Positions 30,986 through 40,444 of a stretch of DNA of 64,000 nt are shown one piece after another. The notes beneath the pieces were generated by a model. The model ran no database searches, had not been told where the DNA came from, and saw only the letters and a list, made by a program, of their open reading frames with translations. Both the position numbers and the translations under genes were made by a program. Numbering within the stretch: position 1 is the stretch's first letter; each line of letters opens with the position of its first letter. The DNA is from an uncultured Spirochaetota bacterium (GTDB lineage: Bacteria > Spirochaetota > Spirochaetia > SZUA-6 > Fen-1364), in NCBI GenBank assembly GCA_963845535.1, contig CAWJSK010000014.1, forward strand, positions 64,001 to 128,000, in the 5' to 3' direction.

Positions 30986-31797
30986 TGAAGTCATTTCCCG
31001 CGTTCGGGATACTCCTCAAGTCTCGTTCTGATCGCGACGCACTCTATACGCTTCTGGAAAAGAACTCGGGCCTGCCGGGACCGCGAGGCAACCTGGAGCT
31101 CGCGTATTCCTTTGCCAAGGCCGTGGCTTCCATGAACCTCCAGGAGTGGCAGTGGGATATGATCCTTGCCATGGCTTCGACCTCTCCCAACAAGGCGCCG
31201 ACAAACACGCCCAAGGAATACCTCCCTTTCTGCGGCCTGCTTGCCCTGGGCGCCCTGTACGCAACGGGCCTGCCCAGGCCCAGGAAGCGCGCAGCTCTTG
31301 CCAGCATTCGCAAGGCCGCCTCTGACCCGCGTTGGCGGACGCGGGAGGCCGCGGCCATAGCGTTGCAGCTCATCGGAGAGCAGGATCGCGAGGCCCTCCG
31401 CCAGATCGTGGAGGAATGGCTTGCGGGCTCCACGCTTCTTGAGAAGCGCGCCATTGTCGCCGGGCTGGCCCATCCCCCCATTCTCGGCGACAAGCCGTTC
31501 GCGTTGTTCTGCCTCGAAGTCTCGGCCTCCATCCTGAAAGCGCTGCCCGGCACGGACTCGCAGGAGAGACGAAGCGATGAGTTTCGTGTACTGCGCCAGG
31601 GGCTGGGCTACGCTGTCAGCGTGTTCGTGGAGAAAGCACCGGAGGAAGGCTTCGCCCTGTTGCGGGAGGCCGCTTCTCTCAGGGATCCTGACGTGCGGTG
31701 GATCGTGAAGGAGAATTTGAAGAAAAACCGGATTGCCTCACGATTCCCGGCTGAAATACGGAAAATCGCCGAAATGGTTGCCGACAGGAAGGCTTGA
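30985..31797 (+). CDS. HEAT-repeat protein
   Basis: SGLPGPRGNLELA, ASDPRWRTREAAAIALQ, DPDVRWIVKENLKK. Confidence 0.75.
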   Translation: MKSFPAFGILLKSRSDRDALYTLLEKNSGLPGPRGNLELAYSFAKAVASMNLQEWQWDMILAMASTSPNKAPTNTPKEYLPFCGLLALGALYATGLPRPRKRAALASIRKAASDPRWRTREAAAIALQLIGEQDREALRQIVEEWLAGSTLLEKRAIVAGLAHPPILGDKPFALFCLEVSASILKALPGTDSQERRSDEFRVLRQGLGYAVSVFVEKAPEEGFALLREAASLRDPDVRWIVKENLKKNRIASRFPAEIRKIAEMVADRKA

Positions 31798-31803
31798 GCC
31801 GTC

Positions 31804-32268
31804 TTACACCGTTGTGGGACCTGCGGCAGGTTTGACGTCCGCCCGGTAGTCCAGGAGGACCGGAGTGTCGCCTTCCAGACGCCAGAGGAACCGCTCGTCA
31901 GCAATGCCGTGATCGAACGTGGTCTCCATTTCCAGCCCTACTTCCGTGCCCTGCCCCGTTGACTCGCTTGCCTGGAATCCTCTCGAGACGGCTTTCCTCG
32001 CCATGCCGAGCTGGGAATGGATGTCGGCGAGGTAGACTTTGAAATCTGATCTCGTCCATGCCTTCTTCAGCGCGTCGCCACCCTTGTCATAGATGGCGTC
32101 ATACTGCTCCTTGTTCAGAAGCGCGTGGAACTCCTTGACTCCCTGCTCTGCGCGGATCCTCGATTGACGCAGCCCGCACGACGCAAGAAGCAGGGCGCAG
32201 AGGGCAACCAGGGCGACTCGGGCCGCGGTTGAAAGAGATCTCTCAGCGCAGGGCCGGTAGACGCGCAT
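31804..32268 (-). CDS. Lipoprotein, DUF4019-like
   Basis: LLASC lipobox; FHALLN.EQYDAIY, TTFDHG.ADERF.W. Confidence 0.6.
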   Translation of the reverse strand: MRVYRPCAERSLSTAARVALVALCALLLASCGLRQSRIRAEQGVKEFHALLNKEQYDAIYDKGGDALKKAWTRSDFKVYLADIHSQLGMARKAVSRGFQASESTGQGTEVGLEMETTFDHGIADERFLWRLEGDTPVLLDYRADVKPAAGPTTV

Positions 32269-32875
32269 GCACCACCTCCTCAAGGGCTGTCATGACTTCA
32301 CGGACGGACAGGGAATAGCCCTCACGTTCGAGGGTCGTACAGAAAACTTCATGAGTGCGGCCTCCGCGATAGTCCGGCACGCGTGATGGCATGGCGAGGT
32401 ACCGCGTGAAGAGGGAAATATCGTTTCGGACAAGCAGGCTTGCCTGGTAGAAAAGGAGAAGGCGCGTTCGGTAGATCGAGGTGCCGAGGATCTTCTTTTC
32501 CCTGATGGCGAGGTCCGAGATGCCCCGAGGTTCGACCCCCTGGACTCCCAGGTCCGCCAAAGCGTCCACGAACCATGAGTTGATCCGCGCAGCGTATTCC
32601 TTGTTCCTGAAAGGCGAATCCACTGTCGTGACGCATGCAAGGACGACCTGGCCGGGGGTAAGAACTACCGTTCCTCCCCCGCCGCGCCTCCTGCGCCATG
32701 GGATCCCGTCAGCGGCCAAGCGGTCCAGGAAGAGGTCAGCATCAGGATTGCCGCCGGCCCCGAGCACGGCGCAGGTTTCCGTGGGCTCGTAGATTCGTGA
32801 GACGGGCCGCCCCTGGCGCTGGAACTCCTCCAGAAGGTCGCCGTTCACCGTGGGCTCCAGGGCGGGCGCGTTCAT
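32243..32875 (-). CDS. Lipoate-protein ligase family protein (catalytic domain only)
   Basis: RRRGGGGTV, SDL...KKILG, YRGGRTH. Confidence 0.85.
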   Translation of the reverse strand: MNAPALEPTVNGDLLEEFQRQGRPVSRIYEPTETCAVLGAGGNPDADLFLDRLAADGIPWRRRRGGGGTVVLTPGQVVLACVTTVDSPFRNKEYAARINSWFVDALADLGVQGVEPRGISDLAIREKKILGTSIYRTRLLLFYQASLLVRNDISLFTRYLAMPSRVPDYRGGRTHEVFCTTLEREGYSLSVREVMTALEEVVHARLPALR

Positions 32876-33309
32876 TGGCCCATCTTCTTCTTCAACTCGT
32901 CAAGAGCGGCCTTTGATTCCTCCTCTTTCATGAGGCGGGAAAGGTCGTCCTTTTTCCCGACAACCATTTCGAGCTGGGCAAGGAGAAGATCCACGTCCAC
33001 AAGCCGGCCTCCCGTCATGCCAAGACGCGCGAGCTTGTCTTTCAGCACCGCGACTTTCGCTTTCAGGTCAGCCAGCTCAGCTTCGAGGGAGGCCTTTTTC
33101 CCGGTCACCTCGTCAAGTCGCGCTTGCGCCTGATTGGCAAGGGCCTCGTCCCCTTTCGAACGGGCAAGCTCCACCCTGCGCGTCCACAAGGACACCTCTT
33201 CTTCGGACGCCGCCAGCGCCTTCTCCGTCCTCTTGAGAGTCGTGATGAAGGCAAGAACGTAGTCCGATGCTTCCTTCGGCCCCAGTCCTTCGATATCAGT
33301 GTCGATCAT
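32872..33309 (-). CDS. Coiled-coil PspA/IM30-like protein
   Basis: WTRRVELARSKGDEALANQA, ending ALDELKKKM. Confidence 0.65.
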   Translation of the reverse strand: MIDTDIEGLGPKEASDYVLAFITTLKRTEKALAASEEEVSLWTRRVELARSKGDEALANQAQARLDEVTGKKASLEAELADLKAKVAVLKDKLARLGMTGGRLVDVDLLLAQLEMVVGKKDDLSRLMKEEESKAALDELKKKMGQ

Positions 33310-33522
33310 AGCTCACTCTTGGTAGAGAGTAGCACGAGTGGACTCCTGAAGAAACCGCCCTCGGGCTGGGGGTCAGCACGTCGCCACTGACGACTGCGCA
33401 GCGGATGGATTGCGCGAGGTCAGACCGTAACGATCGATATCAGAATACTAGTGTCGGATCCAGTGCGGCCAAGAGAACCCCGCAGGACTACATCTATCGT
33501 CTCTGCTGCCCTCGGGACGCCT

Positions 33523-34533
33523 CTAAAGCAGCAGAGAAAAGTTAAGAGAAACACTGAGAGCATCAAATGCAGCTCCAGCGTAGTTTGGATAAACAGTCGC
33601 CGAACCTGGTGTAGAAAGCGTGCCCGGGTAATTTACGCCTGATGCCGAGACCGTTTCAGTCCCAACCAGATTCCAGATGTGTCGATACGAGGCATCCAAG
33701 GAAAGTTCTACATTCGGTGAGAAAGAGAACCCGAGGTCGACTTCTGGCTCGATCATCCATCCCCCCGACATGTTATCGGAAATGTCTATTTCTCGAAGCA
33801 CATGGGTATCGAAGGAGTTGCACGAGACGGCGGGTGAAACCGTAAATATCGATGTGACTTCCCATTTCTGTCCAAATCTCAGGGCGGCCCGAACGCCCGC
33901 CCCGGCCATCAAGTAGGTTTGTTCATAGACGATGCTTGTTCCGTAAAGCGAATATCGTGGGTCTGTCGAATACTGAGGGTATGGCGGCGAAGGAGGAGTT
34001 GCGGAAAACCAACCTGGTGGATACTGCACGTAGCCATCGCGGGCACTCCAGTGACAGGACATGTACCCGAGACTGAGAAATGGTTCGACACTGAACGAAC
34101 TCCCCACGGAGAGCTCCCACCCCAACCGCGCGTCTACAAAGACCGCGCTATCGGTGAAAGAGTTGCTTTGCGAGAAGTTTGTCTTGTCCGTGTTGCCGTC
34201 GTAGGAGTAGTTCAACCAGTCCGAGTCGGTCATCAGGCCACTCTGTGAGGGAATCCCAACCCGTACCCTTACCATGCCATGCAACCCTCCCAAAGCTTTG
34301 ACTTCCAACGAAGACTCTTCAAAGAAAACCGGCTGCAATGCCCAGTCAAGCTCACTAATTGGAAAGGTGCCGACCAATACGAGCTCTTTTGCCGTCCCAT
34401 ACATGAAACCAACGCCCTCGCGCGCCACCAGTGAAACGCCCTGTGCTGATACCGATACGACTGGCAAGACGCCCCATAGGGCGATTAGGCTGATGATGAA
34501 AAGAAGCTGTGATGCTCCGCTGTGCCTTTTCAT
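33523..34533 (-). CDS. Omptin-family outer-membrane protease
   Basis: Signal peptide; AKELV, ISELDW, MTDSDW (DxD), FDTH (DxH), beta-strand-rich. Confidence 0.8.
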   Translation of the reverse strand: MKRHSGASQLLFIISLIALWGVLPVVSVSAQGVSLVAREGVGFMYGTAKELVLVGTFPISELDWALQPVFFEESSLEVKALGGLHGMVRVRVGIPSQSGLMTDSDWLNYSYDGNTDKTNFSQSNSFTDSAVFVDARLGWELSVGSSFSVEPFLSLGYMSCHWSARDGYVQYPPGWFSATPPSPPYPQYSTDPRYSLYGTSIVYEQTYLMAGAGVRAALRFGQKWEVTSIFTVSPAVSCNSFDTHVLREIDISDNMSGGWMIEPEVDLGFSFSPNVELSLDASYRHIWNLVGTETVSASGVNYPGTLSTPGSATVYPNYAGAAFDALSVSLNFSLLL

Positions 34534-34562
34534 GATTCACCTCTTCAAATGCATCGAAGATA

Positions 34563-34594
34563 AAACAGAAAGCCGACTGTCCGACAGCCGGCTC
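34563..34594 (-). terminator. Intrinsic terminator-like hairpin between the lipoprotein and omptin genes
   Basis: AGCCGGCTGT-CGG-ACAGTCGGCT followed by TTCTGTTTT. Confidence 0.6.
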
Positions 34595-34606
34595 GATGCT
34601 TGTTCT

Positions 34607-35179
34607 CTACTTGCTCTTGAATTGAGTTTTCTTAAGTTTTGCAACATCGTCAGCGCTCAGCTTGACGATTTGGTTGGTTACCGTGATTAGCAAGCCGTCC
34701 TCAGTCCAGCTTTGCGTGCCCAGCTGAGGAGCAGTAGCCTTGGAACTTCCCTGAGGAGCTGCGTAGCTAACAGAGCCAGATTTGACCAAACCCCCATAGG
34801 ACATATAAAGAGAAAAGTAATTGTCTGCCCCGTTGGTCAGAATCCCGCCCTTGTTAACACTGACCGTGTAGGTGTCAGAGTAGTAATAGGAGGGATCTGT
34901 GGGCGCGCTTTCATAATAGCCTGGGTAGTAGTATCCGCTTATCGGATCTTGAAGAGTGTAATAAACGTTGTACGACCCGGCCGAGATCTGATACTCAGTG
35001 CTGGACGTGACTAGGCTAGGGAAACCACCGACGGACGCGCTGTATACGTACCCGTCCCAGGTCAGGTCTCCGTAGATGTTTCCGTCCTTGCCGCAGCTGG
35101 AAAGCAACAAGAGGACACCTAGAACAAGTAGCCCAATCAAAGCTCCTCTCTTAAGCGACACGTTTCTAAAAAGGCTCAT
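34607..35179 (-). CDS. Tyr/Ser-rich lipoprotein, hypothetical
   Basis: GGAGG SD; lipobox LSSC. Confidence 0.75.
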   Translation of the reverse strand: MSLFRNVSLKRGALIGLLVLGVLLLLSSCGKDGNIYGDLTWDGYVYSASVGGFPSLVTSSTEYQISAGSYNVYYTLQDPISGYYYPGYYESAPTDPSYYYSDTYTVSVNKGGILTNGADNYFSLYMSYGGLVKSGSVSYAAPQGSSKATAPQLGTQSWTEDGLLITVTNQIVKLSADDVAKLKKTQFKSK

Positions 35180-35221
35180 TTGTCTCCTCCAAGGCGGTGG
35201 TTTAGAGAAATTGGATACTTT

Positions 35222-35250
35222 ACTGTAGGCTGACTTATTCTTGATGTCAA
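35222..35250 (-). promoter_or_regulatory. Sigma70-like promoter
   Basis: TTGACA-N17-TACAGT. Confidence 0.65.
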
Positions 35251-35384
35251 GTTGATTTTTTCCGGGGCCGCTCGTTCTTCCCTTGTGACGGTCGAGCCTT
35301 GAGATTCTTTATGACCACGTAGCGAAGCACTACTCCCTCCGAGAACGGGCATTCGAAGAAAATCGTTTGAAACGTCCGCTATGA

Positions 35385-35943
35385 TCAATGTTTCCAGGTT
35401 GCGAGTCCTATTGCCTCACTGGGGCTGCTCCGCGAAAGGTACCACATCGAAAGCTCGCTATCCTTCAGGATGACCGTAGGGACGAAAGGCCCACCCGCAT
35501 CCCAACTGCCCGAGCTTCCAAGATCCAAGACGGGATTGTTTGCCCACCGTGTCCAGTTTATCCCATCAGGCGAGGTCGCCATACCGATCCGGCAGGCATT
35601 GATGAACGTGCTGCTGTTCAGTCCCACGTAGAACATTTTGTACTGCGAGCCGTCGTAGAGCACCGATGGGGCATAGACGTAGCCATTCTCCCACGCGTTC
35701 GCGCTTTCGCTCGAAAAGACCGGATTCGACGCGCACTTTGTCCAGGTTTTCCCGTCCGGTGAAGTCGCCACGCCAATGCGGTAGGTCTGCGAGCTGTCGA
35801 TTCCGCTGTACCACATGGAGAAGGCGCTTCCTACTTTGACAACCGTAGGAGACTCAACCCATGCCTCGTCCCAGGACCCGGGTGAACCGAAGCTGAGAAC
35901 TGGGTTGCCCGAGAGACAAGCTCCCGGCTGAGTGATCCGCTGC
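35385..35943 (-). pseudogene. 5'-truncated five-bladed beta-propeller glycosidase-like fragment
   Basis: Repeats of NPVL..G..GSWD...P.V...MWY/Y.G...IG.ATSPDG..W; the frame stays open upstream of 35816 only to a TGA near 35945, with no start codon. Confidence 0.6.
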
Positions 35944-36186
35944 CCTCAAGGGAAGCGATTGAGGAAAGCGCCAGCTCTTCCCCAGGCTTGACGGGTATTC
36001 GCAGACCGGCGGGGTCTTCTTCCACCGAAGCTGTGCCGACGTTCGCCTCACGCGTCCAAAGCTTTGCCCAGGTATCCACGGGGATATCGAGGGATTGCAC
36101 GACCCCTGACGCGAAGTCGGCTGCTCCGGCAGAGCGCTGCATCATAGCTCAGAAGCTACCGCATCGATTCCCGAACTCCAACCGAC

Positions 36187-36723
36187 TCACCCCAGGGAGA
36201 CTACTCCCGAATTATCGATGGAAAGTACCGTCTTGCACCTGGGACAGCGAAACCGTCCCGATTTTACAACCCGAAGCTTTCTATCGCAGATTGGACATTC
36301 GATGGCCTTGGGGAAGGCCGGGACCTGGCCCCTTAAAAAGGCAGCCGCCTCATCCAGGGAATCGGAGCAGGCAAGCATTTTGTCCAGGCACATGAGCTTG
36401 AAGATTTCCATGACCTTTGGATGGGCATCGGCTATCGCAAGCGCTCCTCCCTTTTCTTTGGTTGCCTTTTGAAGCTGTACGAAGGCGCCGACTCCCATGC
36501 TGGACACATAATCCACGCCGCCAAGGAGGAATATCAGGTTAACGAAACCAGCGTCTATCACTCTCCTCGCGCTTCTCTGAAAGTATTGGGTGCTGTAAAG
36601 ATCGATTTGCCCTTTGGGCTTCAATACCAGGCAATTATCAACTCCCTCCACCTTTTGGAGCGTGATCGTAAGGAAGTCGCAGGTGTCTTCGTCAAAGCCG
36701 GGAAGAATGTCGTTATTGCTCAT
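36187..36723 (-). CDS. STAS anti-sigma-factor antagonist with C-terminal zinc ribbon
   Basis: GQIDLY, VDYVSSMGVG; CPIC...CPRC. Confidence 0.85.
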   Translation of the reverse strand: MSNNDILPGFDEDTCDFLTITLQKVEGVDNCLVLKPKGQIDLYSTQYFQRSARRVIDAGFVNLIFLLGGVDYVSSMGVGAFVQLQKATKEKGGALAIADAHPKVMEIFKLMCLDKMLACSDSLDEAAAFLRGQVPAFPKAIECPICDRKLRVVKSGRFRCPRCKTVLSIDNSGVVSLG

Positions 36724-36834
36724 ATCTGGTCTATTTGGTCAGGCTCCTTTCTCAGGGTATCGCCTAGAAAAGTTAAGATATCGTAAGCCACAAATTGCGA
36801 TGGCAGCAGACACTGGCAGACACTGGCGCCAATA

Positions 36835-36888
36835 TTGACAAACATGGGTTTGTGAAGTTAACATCGTTCACGGGTGAAATACGTTAAC
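36835..36888 (+). promoter_or_regulatory. Promoter overlapped by an inverted-repeat TetR operator
   Basis: TTGACA-N18-TAACAT; GTTAAC-atcg-TTCAC-gg-GTGAA-atac-GTTAAC at 36857-36888. Confidence 0.6.
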
Positions 36889-36913
36889 CAGGGATCTTGA
36901 TGCAACAGGAATC

Positions 36914-37516
36914 TTGATGCAAGTAGAAGACGGACGAGACACTGCAGGACTAATCCTCGATGCGGCGAGAGAAATCCTGGAGAAGCAGGGCTACGCTGGC
37001 CTCTCGATGCGCCGCATAGCGGCGCATGTCGGCATTTCGCAGGCCGCCATATACCGTCACTTTCCGGACAAGGACGGTCTGGTCAGATCAATCGCAAAAG
37101 CGGGCTATGATCGGCTTCTGGCCTCTTTGCTGGCGGCGCTCACCGAGGCCGGCGGTTCGGATGAGAGGAAAGTCGCCGAAGGCATCCGGGCCTATGTCGC
37201 CTTCGCCCTTGAGAACCCCGCGCAGTTTAGAGCCCTCCTCATCGAAGATGCGGGGCCAGCTCGCCCTGGTCGCGACAGCCTCCAGCCTGGGGTCGCTTTG
37301 AGGCGGAAAACCTTCGAGCTCATGGTCTCAGTCCTCCGTCACGGCGCGGAGTCCGGGAGCTTCGCCCCTTGCGACCCTGAGCTTTCAGCCCAGGCGGTCT
37401 GGACTTCGATGTTCGGATTAGCGGCCCGACTTGTCCTTGAATCCGAACTGACACCCGCACATCGCGAGGCTCTCATCGAGCGCCACATCGAGATCATCAT
37501 CCGCGGGCTGAGGTAG
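36914..37516 (+). CDS. TetR/AcrR transcriptional regulator
   Basis: ILDAA...LSMRRIAAHVGISQAAIYRHFPDK. Confidence 0.92.
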   Translation: MMQVEDGRDTAGLILDAAREILEKQGYAGLSMRRIAAHVGISQAAIYRHFPDKDGLVRSIAKAGYDRLLASLLAALTEAGGSDERKVAEGIRAYVAFALENPAQFRALLIEDAGPARPGRDSLQPGVALRRKTFELMVSVLRHGAESGSFAPCDPELSAQAVWTSMFGLAARLVLESELTPAHREALIERHIEIIIRGLR

Positions 37517-38336
37517 GGGAATATGCGACGAAGAATCTTCACAGCCATTGGATCCATTTTCGGCCTGGTTGCATCCGCGATGCTGTCGGGCTGTGGGAAC
37601 CTGACGGGCGAGCTTTCAAGAGTCCTGGATGAAATGGAGAAATCGCAGACTGCCTCCGTGCGGCCGCCGCGACCAATCACCAAGCCTGACCTGGCTTCGG
37701 TGCCGCCGGTGGTCAGGCAATACCTGGAGTTTTCCGGGGTCGTGGGTAAGGTGCCGGTTCAGCGCGTGCGAGTAAAGCAGGAAGGGAGGATGAAAACCGA
37801 CCGTAAGGCGGGTTGGAGAAACTTTACTTCCGAAGAATACTATACCGTGAGTCCCAAGTCCTTCGCCTGGCTGGGAACTTTTCCTCTTATCGGTCCGCTT
37901 TCCATACAAGCCATCGACAAATTCATCGGCGGTCACGGCTCGCTGAAAATAAGGCTTTCACCCTTGTTCGACATGGGGACTACCACGGGACCGGAGAGCG
38001 ACGTTTCCGAGTTCATCAGGTTCTTCAGTGAAATGACCTGGTTCCCAACGGCCCTGCTCGACCACCACATCGCCTGGCAGGACCTGGGGAATCGTCATGT
38101 CAGGGCGACGATAAAAGACGAAGGACTGGAGGCCTCGGCGATCATCTCGTTCGGCGAAGATGGCGGGCTGCTCTCCTGGGCTACGGACGACCGCTTCGCT
38201 CTCATCGGCGGCAAAATGATACGGGCGCGATGGACGACATCAGGGGTGCTCGGCGATCTCTTGAACGTCGGAGGCTACAAGATTCCTCGGGGCGGCGCGG
38301 CGATCTATTCCCTTCCCGGCGGGGATTTTCACTATA

Positions 38337-39637
38337 GGGCGCCTCTAAAAACTAGCCATTTTCATTGAGTGTCTCGGTATCTCATGTTATTCTCCAATCA
38401 GGGTGGGGAATGAATCAACAACGCGGTTTCTTTGATGAACAAGAGCGTCTCCAGAAGTTGAGTAGCCAAGGCGATCCGCTTGAGAAACTCAACGCGACGA
38501 TGGATTGGGAAATATTTCGTCCGCTTTTGAAGCGATGCTTCAAGAAGGAACCCAAAGGACCAGGCGGGCGCCCGCCGTTCGATTACGTTTTGATGTTCAA
38601 GATCCTGATTCTCCAACGTCTGTACAATCTGTCGGATGCGCAGATGCAGTTTCAGATATTGGACCGTCTGAGCTTCCAACGGTTCTTGGGCCAGGGATTG
38701 CATGGGGAGGTGCCGGATGAAAAGACCATTTGGCTCTTTCGTGAGGTACTGAGCAAGCGTGGGTTAATCGAAAAGCTTTTCACGCTGTACCGCGCGCATT
38801 TGGAGAAGCTGGGGCTAATCGAAAATAACGGCAGCATCGTTGATGCGAGTTTTGTGGAAGTGCCGCGGCAGAGGAACAGTCGGGAGGAGAATCAAACGAT
38901 CAAAGAGGGAAAGATCCCGCGGATTGGAAAGAGGATCCTGCGAAGCTGAGGCAAAAGGATACCGAGGCGCGTTGGACGAAGAAGAACGAGCAGACTTACT
39001 ACGGGTACAAAGATCACGTGAAAGTGGATAGGCAGAGCAAACTGATTAAGACCTATGAGGTCACCGATGCCAGCGTGCATGATTCGCAAGTGCTGCCGTC
39101 GTTACTGCAGAAAACTGATGTGGATACGGAGCTGCATGCCGACAGTGCCTACCGCTCTGAGAAAATCGAGGACACCCTGCAGAAGCGTGGAGTGCAAAGC
39201 AAGATCCATGAGAAAGGGTATCGCAATCAACCGTTGAGCAAATCCCAGATGAGAAGTAACCGAGCGAAGTCGCGCATCCGTGCCCGGGTGGAGCACGTCT
39301 TCGCGCACATCACCAACTGCATGAACGGCTTTCGTATCCGCTCGATCGGAATCGTGCGAGCGCGGTCGAACATCGGGCTAATTAATTTGACCTACAACAT
39401 TGTGCGCTCGGTATATCTTCAGGGGGCGTAGTCTGCCCGGGATTCAACTGGAGGGTTAAAAGAGCAAGAAATAGGGACCGGGAGGCCGGGAAAAGAGCAA
39501 AAAACTGTTGAAAATCTGGAAATCGAAAATGATCCGGATAGACCGTACGAAAAAGCCAGCCTTCTGCTTTAAAATCACAGCATCATCGACCTGGCAGGAA
39601 GGAAAAGCATAAAAACACCTAGTTTTTCGAGGTCCCC
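38337..39637 (+). mobile_element. IS5-family insertion sequence (1301 bp)
   Basis: 19-bp IRs GGGCGCCTCTAAAAACTAG / GGGGACCTCGAAAAACTAG (16/19), TATA duplicated at 38333-38336 and 39638-39641, lower GC. Confidence 0.93.
38410..39431 (+). CDS. IS5-family DDE transposase split into 0 and -1 frames near 38910
   Basis: GGRPPFD..LMFKILILQ, VPDEKTIW.FRE, IVDASF; -1 frame QKDTEARWTKK..YYGYK.H, HADSAY, RARVEHVF. Confidence 0.9.
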
Positions 39638-39687
39638 TATATCGATATCCATATCACCGAAATAGAGTTCGATCCCCCGAAACTGTC

Positions 39688-40437
39688 CTATTGTTTCTGA
39701 TTCTTTCCTCGGCGCCGTGGGGCTGAGGTCTTTTTCACTTCGATGCCGAAGATCGCCCCAATGTCTTTCTCCGCAATCCTGCGGCCTGTTCCGCTCCCCA
39801 CGGCGGCTTGGACCGCGGTCTCCGCGTGCGCGCTCACCAGCTCCTCATGATCCACTCCCCGGAGAAGGAAGAGAAGCTCCGGCTTTTCGTCCAGGCGCGC
39901 GCCAACCCCGTAGAGTGTCGCCGCTACGTGCTTGCACATTACGGCCCAGTCAGGGCAGGTGCATTCCATGTGGATCTCCCGCGGAGAAGGGAAGAGGCCC
40001 TTCTGCCGGTCGGTGACCACCTCCATGACGCCGTCCGAGAGCCGCCCCTGGAGCAGGTCGAGCAACGAGCTGATCTGTCCCGTGCACCGCCGTTTGATGT
40101 CTTTCCACGCCGGCTTGCCCAGGGGTTCTATTTCGATGGTGACGGTGTACAGCGCGCTTCCTTGAACTTTGGCATGAATCAGGCCGGGCTTGATCTCCAG
40201 ATGGCACACGGAGCCGTTCCTGACGTACGTCCTCCCGCGGGGAAGGCGGTTTTCGAAATCGCTGAAAGACTCAAGGTGATCACACCAGGCCTTTCCCCAG
40301 AACGTGTGCGCAATCAGCCTTCCCTCGATGCGCACCGGCTGAACGGCCACGCCTTTCTTTCGCATGCTCGCGGTCTCACGTTCCACCTTGGCCTTGCGCT
40401 CCCGCACGGGAACGTAGCGCCGAAAACCGTACGCCAT
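39688..40437 (-). CDS. SWIM zinc-finger protein
   Basis: NRLPRGRTYVRNGSV; CTCPDWAVMCKH (CxC..CxH). Confidence 0.9.
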   Translation of the reverse strand: MAYGFRRYVPVRERKAKVERETASMRKKGVAVQPVRIEGRLIAHTFWGKAWCDHLESFSDFENRLPRGRTYVRNGSVCHLEIKPGLIHAKVQGSALYTVTIEIEPLGKPAWKDIKRRCTGQISSLLDLLQGRLSDGVMEVVTDRQKGLFPSPREIHMECTCPDWAVMCKHVAATLYGVGARLDEKPELLFLLRGVDHEELVSAHAETAVQAAVGSGTGRRIAEKDIGAIFGIEVKKTSAPRRRGKNQKQ

Positions 40438-40444
40438 GATATTC

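Larger units (their letters stand above)
37523..39700 (+). pseudogene. DUF6544-like lipoprotein gene interrupted near its 3' end by IS5
   Basis: LSGC lipobox, PPVVRQYL, EMTWFPTALL; removing the IS gives ...GDFHYIDIHITEIEFDPPKLSYCF* (TGA 39698-39700). Confidence 0.78.

Noticed and set aside
33513..33528. GGGACGCCTCTAAAG resembles the IS5 left IR
   Set aside because: Short, imperfect, overlaps the omptin stop codon, and has no partner end or target duplication
36806..36827. 10-bp tandem repeat gcagacactg x2
   Set aside because: Too short to interpret; may be chance or slippage
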